Shown: positions 57,197 to 64,000 of the stretch, piece after piece | How positions within the stretch are numbered: the stretch's first letter is position 1 | How the letters are laid out: every line of letters starts with the position of its first letter | Origin: Desulfomonilia bacterium | GTDB taxonomy: Bacteria > Desulfobacterota > Desulfomonilia > UBA1062 | Direction of reading: 5' to 3' | Length of the DNA stretch: 64,000 nt | Assembly: GCA_963664325.2 (NCBI GenBank) | Contig: CAXXDQ010000003.1 | Coordinates: 960,001 to 1,024,000 of the forward strand | Notes under the pieces: model-generated | What the model saw: only the letters and a program-made list of their open reading frames with translations | Database searches by the model: none | What the model was told of the DNA's origin: nothing | Program-made: the position numbers and the translations under genes

Positions 57197-59692
57197 CTAT
57201 TCGCTCAATTCCAGTGTCGAGATGGTTTGCGCCGCAATATCTGCTTCGCTGAACGGCAGGTCGATCCACTCCTTGTTGCTGTACATGTGTGTCTGATCCT
57301 TATACCAGGGTGAATTCACGTTCTGTGACAGCGAATAGGTTGTGACGGTGCTCATGCGCGGGAATTCCTTGCCTTCGAAACTCACGACCTGGATGTATGT
57401 ATTGCCGTGATATGGATTGACATAGGCCTTCTTTGCGGAATCCCATTCACTCTCGATAACACTGTACAGACCCAGTGCATCCGGTCCGCCGTGCAGGGGG
57501 ATGTTTTCACCGCCGCGCTCCACGTACTGGTGATCCCGTAGCGTCGCATCAAGGGGCAGGTCCAGATCGTGGAATTCCTGCAGCGTATCATTAACGGCTG
57601 TCCATACCCGCGGATTCAGTATGTTCAATCCCCTGGGGGTGTCGATGGGGTCCGCGGAATTGAAGGGATATAGAAAACAGGAGGTCAGCGGTATGGGGGG
57701 CGAATATGTTGTCCCGGCCGGCAATGAAGTTCCCAGCAGCTGTCTGGCAATGCGGCGGAACAGAAGGGCCCCGGGGGAATCAAGATTATCGGTGCGGTCC
57801 CAGGCTGCAAGCACATCAATGGCCGGCTTTATGCTGTCATCACCGATGGCCATTAATTTTAACAGCTGGACCAGATCGTCCACCCAAAGCTCGGCCAGCT
57901 TGTTGCGCGCGTTAAAAACGATCTCCCGCATATTTTCATGGGTGAATTTGGTGCCTGCAAGCCCGTCTTTGCCTGAGAGCCTGTCGGCGATGATTGTCTG
58001 CCCCATTCGAGTGCGCAGGCTTAATTGCGAATTTTCCGTGCCTATGATGCGGGCATAGCCCGTAAGGGGCTCTGACGGGTTGACCAGCCAGTAGCTGTCG
58101 TTGCTGTTCATCACATAGTCATACCTGAAAATCGATGGTAATTGCGATATGCCCATAATGCCTGGAACTATGGCATCCGCAGCTGCCTCAGGCATGCACT
58201 CGGAGCGGCTTCCGTCAAGGATGGGCAAGCCCAAAAGCCTGAAAGTCAGCTGCCCCAGAGACGATCCGCAAGCGGTTGCCTTCTTGTCGGGGATGTTTGC
58301 AACTACGGTAATGTCAGCATAGAAGGCCTCTCCGTAAGCATCGGCGGCAATCGTATTGGCCCAGGGGATCGCCTGGAACTTTTCCAGTACCTGCTTTACA
58401 TCGTGCACATTCTTTGCCTTGCCTATTTCCACGAAATGATTGAGGGCCCGCAGGTTCTCGGCATTCGGGTCCAGAAGGGCAAAGCCGCTGGAAGACGTCC
58501 AGGATAGAATTTCCAGATTGGTCAAGGCTGTGCACATAGGGCCGAATCGAGTTGTGTAGAGGGTGCGCTGCATCTTGCCGATCGTGCCGTCATCGTTAAG
58601 CGTTTCGATCTCCAATGGCCAGGCCTTCATCTGTTCGACCTTGCCGTCAACCTGGTAACTGTAGGTGTTTGCAATATCAAGCTGAACAGGCACGAAACGG
58701 AATGCGGTTGAAACTGTGTGCGACCATGCCACGCTGCTGTTGGCGCCGATGGCGATCACAGGTATTCCCAGAAAGCTAATGCCGTTGACGTCATATTCCC
58801 CCGGGATGGTCATGTGAACCTGGTAGAAACTCCCTGAGTCTAGCCAACCCATATGCGGATTGCCCAGCAGCAGGCCGCGGCCGTTCTGGGTGGCATCTTT
58901 CCCGGCTGCAATGGCATTGCTACCCATGCTGAGCTTCAGGCGTGCCTTCAATTGGGATATGGACTGCTCGCCTGAATTCAGTATATCGGCCAGCTGTTCG
59001 GTTGACTGGGATTTTTTTGGTCTGGCATTGCCGATTCCGCTTACTGAAGTGGCCGATCCCGCCATGATGTGAATCATATAGCACACCCGGTAAACGTCGA
59101 GTTCCGTGATTTCTTTGACCCATTTCTCATTCCGGCAGGCCGGGTCGGTAAGTATCTCTGCCGGGTGATCCCGAAGAAAGCGGTTGTATCCGGCCACATA
59201 ACCCCTGATCAATTCCTTTACTTCAGGTCCCATCCCGACCGGGTAGGGAGTAGCCATTATCTTTTCCACAAGACCCCGTGCCTTAATCAATTTGAAGAAG
59301 AAATCACTGTCGGAGTTTTTGAATACCATCTCGTTCCCCGGGAAATGGAAGGTGTTATCCGGGCCGAAGTACTTCGAGCGTTCGCCGTTGGCCGTCACAT
59401 AGGCATCGGCCAGCCTGCAGATATTATCCTCCGCCGCGGCATAAGCATAACCGTAGCCCAGGCCCGCCCAGTCGGCGGCCTTGATGTGAGGTATCCCGTG
59501 GGTTGTACGGCGGATGGTCGCATGCAGCCCGTTCTCTTCGGGGATCTGGGGCGTGCTGTTTGCTGAGCTGACATCGGAGTTGTCGCCGCTGTCGCTGCAA
59601 CTGGCGATGAAGATGACAATAAATGCCACAAGCAGAAGCCGAATGATTGATTGAAAATACATCTTGCGGATTATCGCTGAATTTCTTTTCAT
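57197..59692 (-). CDS. Penicillin acylase family (PvdQ/aculeacin acylase-like) Ntn hydrolase, probable lipoprotein
   Basis: RTTHGIPHI, GSNA (Ser nucleophile), LLGNPH, WSHTVS, NSNDS; FIASC lipobox. Confidence 0.88.
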   Translation of the reverse strand: MKRNSAIIRKMYFQSIIRLLLVAFIVIFIASCSDSGDNSDVSSANSTPQIPEENGLHATIRRTTHGIPHIKAADWAGLGYGYAYAAAEDNICRLADAYVTANGERSKYFGPDNTFHFPGNEMVFKNSDSDFFFKLIKARGLVEKIMATPYPVGMGPEVKELIRGYVAGYNRFLRDHPAEILTDPACRNEKWVKEITELDVYRVCYMIHIMAGSATSVSGIGNARPKKSQSTEQLADILNSGEQSISQLKARLKLSMGSNAIAAGKDATQNGRGLLLGNPHMGWLDSGSFYQVHMTIPGEYDVNGISFLGIPVIAIGANSSVAWSHTVSTAFRFVPVQLDIANTYSYQVDGKVEQMKAWPLEIETLNDDGTIGKMQRTLYTTRFGPMCTALTNLEILSWTSSSGFALLDPNAENLRALNHFVEIGKAKNVHDVKQVLEKFQAIPWANTIAADAYGEAFYADITVVANIPDKKATACGSSLGQLTFRLLGLPILDGSRSECMPEAAADAIVPGIMGISQLPSIFRYDYVMNSNDSYWLVNPSEPLTGYARIIGTENSQLSLRTRMGQTIIADRLSGKDGLAGTKFTHENMREIVFNARNKLAELWVDDLVQLLKLMAIGDDSIKPAIDVLAAWDRTDNLDSPGALLFRRIARQLLGTSLPAGTTYSPPIPLTSCFLYPFNSADPIDTPRGLNILNPRVWTAVNDTLQEFHDLDLPLDATLRDHQYVERGGENIPLHGGPDALGLYSVIESEWDSAKKAYVNPYHGNTYIQVVSFEGKEFPRMSTVTTYSLSQNVNSPWYKDQTHMYSNKEWIDLPFSEADIAAQTISTLELSE

Positions 59693-60738
59693 CTGAACGC
59701 CTCCTCATAAAAATTATTTCCGGGCTGAACAATGACCTGCATGAAGCAAAGTAATGCCCCATATGAACCGTACTGCAGGTTTTAAAACTGATAAAAAAAC
59801 AATCCCCTTCTTGGAGAAACAGTTCAATAAACAGTTTACACCAATTTCAGAAAAATTGAAAGAGAGGATCGCCCCATAAAGGCATCCAACATGCAATCGG
59901 ACTTCAGCTTCATCACATATATGGGGCGCCGTTTAAGCATTAATGGAAAGCAAGCTCAATTATCCGTTATCGGCACCTAAGATAATATGATCTGCATAAC
60001 AGTGATTCTCATTATCCATAATAATGTCCCTGCCATAAACCGGAAAGCAATTCGAGTATCAGCAATAAGTATACATAATAAACTGTTGACACATAATATG
60101 AAAAAGAATAATGGTATGCATATTGAATAATTAATTTCATATGTTTTGGAGGTCTGTGGTTCATTCCTGAGTTTCATGAAGGGGGTTTCTTCATGTTGCT
60201 TCATGTATTGTAATGATTCCGTCTGTGTGCAAACCCCCGGAGTGATTTCTGCGGCGGAGGATAACATCAGCGAATCCATGAAGGATTGTTGTTTGCTTGA
60301 AATATATTCAGAAAAACCTTTCGCCATATCATAATTGGGAAGAAGGGGAATGAAATAATCATCAGGCAGGAATTTGTCTGCGGCAAATGGCAGGTACACA
60401 AGGCCGGATACCGATTGTGCTAAATATCTGAAGATCCGAATGCTTTATTTATTTGCATCATTAATGAGGGTTTAGGAGCATCTTATAAGCCACAGGATAT
60501 TTCCAGTTGGAGTTTATTGTACTTTGCCTTTCTGAATATTGTATTTATATATTCGAGAAGGATCTTTAATACCGGTTGACTGAATACGGTCAAAAAAATA
60601 TAAAAACTTCCTGGCAGGCCGATATGTGAAAACCCTCACTTCAACCCGGCAATTTCCCGGCTGGTACAAATGGCAATTTCATTGTTCCATGTGTGGTTAT
60701 GTAATGCTTCAGGATGCCTATTATTCAATGGATTATGC

Positions 60739-60766
60739 TTGACATATTTCAATTCGCGGCTATTAT
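60739..60766 (+). promoter_or_regulatory. Candidate sigma-70 promoter
   Basis: TTGACA-16 bp-TATTAT upstream of the vWA gene. Confidence 0.4.
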
Positions 60767-60841
60767 TTACATCATATCTGGTACGGTCTGCAAAGTATTC
60801 AAATATGAATTCAGGGAATTTAAATTATTGAGGGGGCTACA

Positions 60842-61720
60842 ATGAAGAGATCACTGTTATTCCTGGCACTAACTTTGTCCGCAATCATGCTGAACGGGTG
60901 TATCGTTTCAATGTCACCCAAAGGGGATCAATCCCTGTGTCCCGGCGAGTCCATGACATTCTCTGTCGGTGATATGGCGGAAGGCTCCAAGGTCTACGAA
61001 TGGACACTCGACGGGGTTCCCATTCTCGGTGCCACAGCCGGCATTTATACCTATACCCCAACCCCGAGCGAAGTGGGTTTGCACAAACTTAAGGTTCAGA
61101 TTCTGTGGGACTCCCGTTCCTGGAATGTTGAAGTTAAGAACTGCGGAACCGTGGGCTTTGAAAAGGTGCTTTTCTGTGTCGACACGTCCGGAAATATGAT
61201 CTATAGCGATCCGCTCAACAAGCGTGTCAATGCCGTAAAAGAGACTATCGACAAATTCTACGATAACGAAAAGGTCAGCTTCGGGATCATTGATTTCGAC
61301 GATACAGCCAAGATACTCACAGGCTTTTCCCGCGACCGGACCCTCCTCGAAGGTTATGCCGATGCCCTGGGGGATGATTGCGGCTGGACAACATATCTGG
61401 CCGGTGGAATATATACCTCCGGCGCCCTCGATGCTGTAGACCAGGTCGTTGACGAAACCGAGACCGGAAATCATTTTACGGTCATCTTCATCGGTGACGG
61501 AGAACCGACGCAGGGTACTACCGGCCACGACCAGATCGTGGACAAGGTGGCCTCTATCGCCGCACCTGAAAATGTCAAGCTCTACACCATCTACCTGGAC
61601 GGCGACCCTCTGCCTGCAGCAGAGCAGCTGCTTGATGACATGGCTATCGCCGGGAAAACAACCGAGACCCATATTTATACCGATCCGGACTCCCTTTCTT
61701 TCATTGAACTGGAATTCTAG
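60842..61720 (+). CDS. Lipoprotein with Ig-like and vWA domains
   Basis: Lipobox MLNGC; YEWTLDG Ig-like strand; VDTSGN (MIDAS variant), IFIGDGEP. Confidence 0.75.
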   Translation: MKRSLLFLALTLSAIMLNGCIVSMSPKGDQSLCPGESMTFSVGDMAEGSKVYEWTLDGVPILGATAGIYTYTPTPSEVGLHKLKVQILWDSRSWNVEVKNCGTVGFEKVLFCVDTSGNMIYSDPLNKRVNAVKETIDKFYDNEKVSFGIIDFDDTAKILTGFSRDRTLLEGYADALGDDCGWTTYLAGGIYTSGALDAVDQVVDETETGNHFTVIFIGDGEPTQGTTGHDQIVDKVASIAAPENVKLYTIYLDGDPLPAAEQLLDDMAIAGKTTETHIYTDPDSLSFIELEF

Positions 61721-61739
61721 GTTTATATGATAGTATGAG

Positions 61740-61777
61740 ACTGTTCCCATCCGTCTGCAGCAACGGATGGGAACAGT
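61740..61777. terminator. 15-bp hairpin after the vWA gene (terminator or stability element)
   Basis: actgttcccatccgt / acggatgggaacagt; no clear U-tract. Confidence 0.5.
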
Positions 61778-62185
61778 TCCATGTCCTGACGGCTGCATCT
61801 CATTGAGAAAAAATCCCTGCATAAAATCGGGCTGGCTCAGAATGGTATCAGTACAGGAACAGCCATGTTGCGTTCATTCTGGTGATTGTCCTGATGAGAA
61901 CATACGAAATCACACCCTTAATTTAATGATATGTCAAAATGGCAGGAGTATCCCTGAGGGTATACAGCTTTGCATGATGATAATATTCGTTTAGACCTCG
62001 GGTGTGCTCGAATCAAATACTGGAAGCATACTCCTGTTAGTACGGTTCTCAAGCTTGCTTAAAAATAGCCGGTGCAAATGAACTGGTTTGTTTTACATGA
62101 CAGCCGTATTTTAAATACTTATTAAGTGAAAGAATAGTATGATATAAGAATATGCATCATGCTGAGTTGCAGCATAGGGGGTTAT

Positions 62186-63622
62186 ATGAAACCGTTCTAT
62201 GATTTCCGCAAGTCCCTGGTTGAAACCGAACTTATAGAAGCCCTTGGCCCGGATCGGGTATCGACATCGCCCATCGACCGCTTGTCTTATTCCCGCGACA
62301 TGATCGTGGAATGGAACTGCCAGCAGCCCGAGGGTGAATTCGAACCTCCCCAGGCTGACTTCATTGTCTGGCCGAAAACAGCACAGGAAGTCTCAGAGAT
62401 AATAAAGATCGCTAATGTCCACAAGGTGCCGGTCACCCCCGAGTGCGGCGGTGCGCAGGGAAGCGGCAGCACCCTGCCCCTTTTTGGGGGAATAATCATC
62501 GACACCAAATCGCTCGATAAGGTGATCGACATTGATACTGAAAACCATACCGTGACCACGCAGACAGGGCTAATCTGCCAGGAGCTTGAAAGCAGGCTCA
62601 ACGCCGTGGGCTTCACCCTTAACCACCTGCCGCAGTCGCAGCATGTAAGCGGCATCGGCGGGTTCCTGGCCGCCCGCAGCGCGGGCGTCGTTTCCACCAA
62701 GTATGGCAAGATATCCGAGATGGTGCTGGGCATGGAGGTCGTACTGCCGACCGGCGATATCATGCGCACCAAGGCCGTACCGAATTCGGCGGCGGGACCC
62801 AACTTCAACCATCTGTTCATGGGGTCCGAGGGAACGCTCGGGGTTATCACAGAGACCACTTTCAAGATAAGGCCTCTTCCGGAAACCAGAAAATTTCTGG
62901 GGCTTTTGTTTGCCGACCTTCCCACAGCAATGAACGGGGCGCGCCTGATCATGCGGCGCGGCCTGTGGCCTGCAGCCATGCGCATCTCGGATGAACTCGA
63001 AACGCAATACTTTCACCACCACGATGCCGGTTCTGAAATGATCCTGATGTTCGACGGGTTTGAAGACCTTTGCAAACTTGAGCATCGGGAGGTTATGAAG
63101 ATAGCAAAAAAGCTCAAGGCGGAAGATCTCGGCGAAGGACCTGCAAAGAACTGGTGGGAGAACAAGCGGTTTTCGGTTGCCTTCCCTTCCAGCACTCACC
63201 CGCTCTTCGGCATTCCTACGCCAGGGTTCGTTAGGGTGTCGGGCTGCATCGATTCGGCGGGCACGTTCGACTATCTGGTGAAGGTCCAGCGCGGGCTAAA
63301 GGAGATCGTCGAGGGCATGCAGATGTTCCTGGCCGCGCACTTCTCACATTTCTATACATCAGGAGGCATGATTTACCCGACCTTCGTAGGCCAGCTGATA
63401 AAGGGCAGACAGGCAGCGCGAACGTATAACGAGGTCTGGCGCAGGGGCATAGAGCTGTCTCACAGTCTGGGCGGCACCATCAACCACCATCACGGGATAG
63501 GGATCAACCTGGGGCGTTTCATGAAGCTGGAGCTTGGCGAAACAGGGCTTGAGAATTTCCGCCGCATAAAAAAGGCCATGGACCCCAATAATATCATGAA
63601 TCCCGGAAAACTCGGGCTGTAA
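62186..63622 (+). CDS. FAD-binding oxidoreductase (GlcD/alkyl-DHAP-synthase-like, VAO fold)
   Basis: HLPQS...IGGFLA, STKYG, GSEGTLGVIT, HFSH, NHHHGIG, DPNNIMNPGK. Confidence 0.85.
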   Translation: MKPFYDFRKSLVETELIEALGPDRVSTSPIDRLSYSRDMIVEWNCQQPEGEFEPPQADFIVWPKTAQEVSEIIKIANVHKVPVTPECGGAQGSGSTLPLFGGIIIDTKSLDKVIDIDTENHTVTTQTGLICQELESRLNAVGFTLNHLPQSQHVSGIGGFLAARSAGVVSTKYGKISEMVLGMEVVLPTGDIMRTKAVPNSAAGPNFNHLFMGSEGTLGVITETTFKIRPLPETRKFLGLLFADLPTAMNGARLIMRRGLWPAAMRISDELETQYFHHHDAGSEMILMFDGFEDLCKLEHREVMKIAKKLKAEDLGEGPAKNWWENKRFSVAFPSSTHPLFGIPTPGFVRVSGCIDSAGTFDYLVKVQRGLKEIVEGMQMFLAAHFSHFYTSGGMIYPTFVGQLIKGRQAARTYNEVWRRGIELSHSLGGTINHHHGIGINLGRFMKLELGETGLENFRRIKKAMDPNNIMNPGKLGL

Positions 63623-63658
63623 ATATGGTGAGAAATTCACTCTAAAGGAGATGAACGC

Positions 63659-64000
63659 ATGAGCGACCTGATAGAAAACACCCGGCTTTGTTCCGTCTGC
63701 TTCAAGATGTGCCGTGACGCCTGTTCCGTTGCCGCAGCAACCCGGCGTGAAGCCGATTCCCCGCACAACCGCGGGTTTTTCGCCTATCGTATCATGCAGG
63801 GGAAGGCCGACCTGAATGCCGATATCGTGGATTATTTCTACCGCTGCTCCATGTGCAAGGCCTGCAGGGAAGCCTGCGAAACCGGCATCGACACCGGCGA
63901 GATCATGCTGAGCGCGAGAAGCGGGCTTGAAGATTCCCTGATGCCGCCGGCGGTGCTGGCGAAAAAAGCTGATATCATTTCAGGCAGAATCAACCCGGCG
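63659..64000 (+). CDS. (Fe-S)-binding GlpC/HdrD-like oxidoreductase subunit, 3' end cut by window edge (not in ORF track)
   Basis: Hand translation MSDLIENTRLCSVCFKMCRDAC...RCSMCKACREAC, two 4Fe-4S motifs; AAGGAG RBS. Confidence 0.8.
   Translation, partial: MSDLIENTRLCSVCFKMCRDACSVAAATRREADSPHNRGFFAYRIMQGKADLNADIVDYFYRCSMCKACREACETGIDTGEIMLSARSGLEDSLMPPAVLAKKADIISGRINPA

Noticed and set aside
59977-60399. 140-aa minus-strand ORF in the AT-rich spacer
   Set aside because: GTG start without an RBS and no motifs; coding status unsupported
1-64000. CRISPR array, rRNA, tRNA, integrase or transposase
   Set aside because: No regularly spaced repeats, cloverleaf or recombinase motifs were seen by eye; a covariance-model scan was not possible

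Overview
A 64-kb bacterial chromosomal window, by gene content probably from an anaerobic deltaproteobacterium (Desulfobacterota/Syntrophales-like; this is inference). In order it carries: an acyl-CoA catabolic operon (CoA-transferase, HMG-CoA-synthase-like/DUF35 fusion, SCP2-type thiolase, two MaoC proteins, SDR); many exported hydrolases; a kdpFABC operon under an apparent sigma-54 AlgB/KinB-like two-component system, with a split KdpD fused to a PTS EIIA domain; a low-GC insertion encoding a 1581-aa nuclease-STAND (Avs-like) candidate defence protein beside a relE remnant; an orphan Cys-repeat RiPP-like precursor with a GNAT; a sugar kinase-dehydrogenase fusion with an aldolase; a translationally coupled operon of two ThiF/E1-like paralogues (one with degenerate motifs) and a metallophosphoesterase; and a NuoE/ferredoxin/NuoF-GltD module with a selenocysteine formate dehydrogenase that the ORF track splits at UGA. 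The best candidates for undescribed systems are the tandem ThiF plus phosphoesterase operon, the RiPP-like precursor/GNAT pair, the Avs-like protein, the KdpD-USP-EIIA/sigma-54 Kdp circuit and a Tat-exported PLP decarboxylase. No rRNA, tRNA, CRISPR array or transposase was recognised. All calls come from motif reading by eye; no database search was run.
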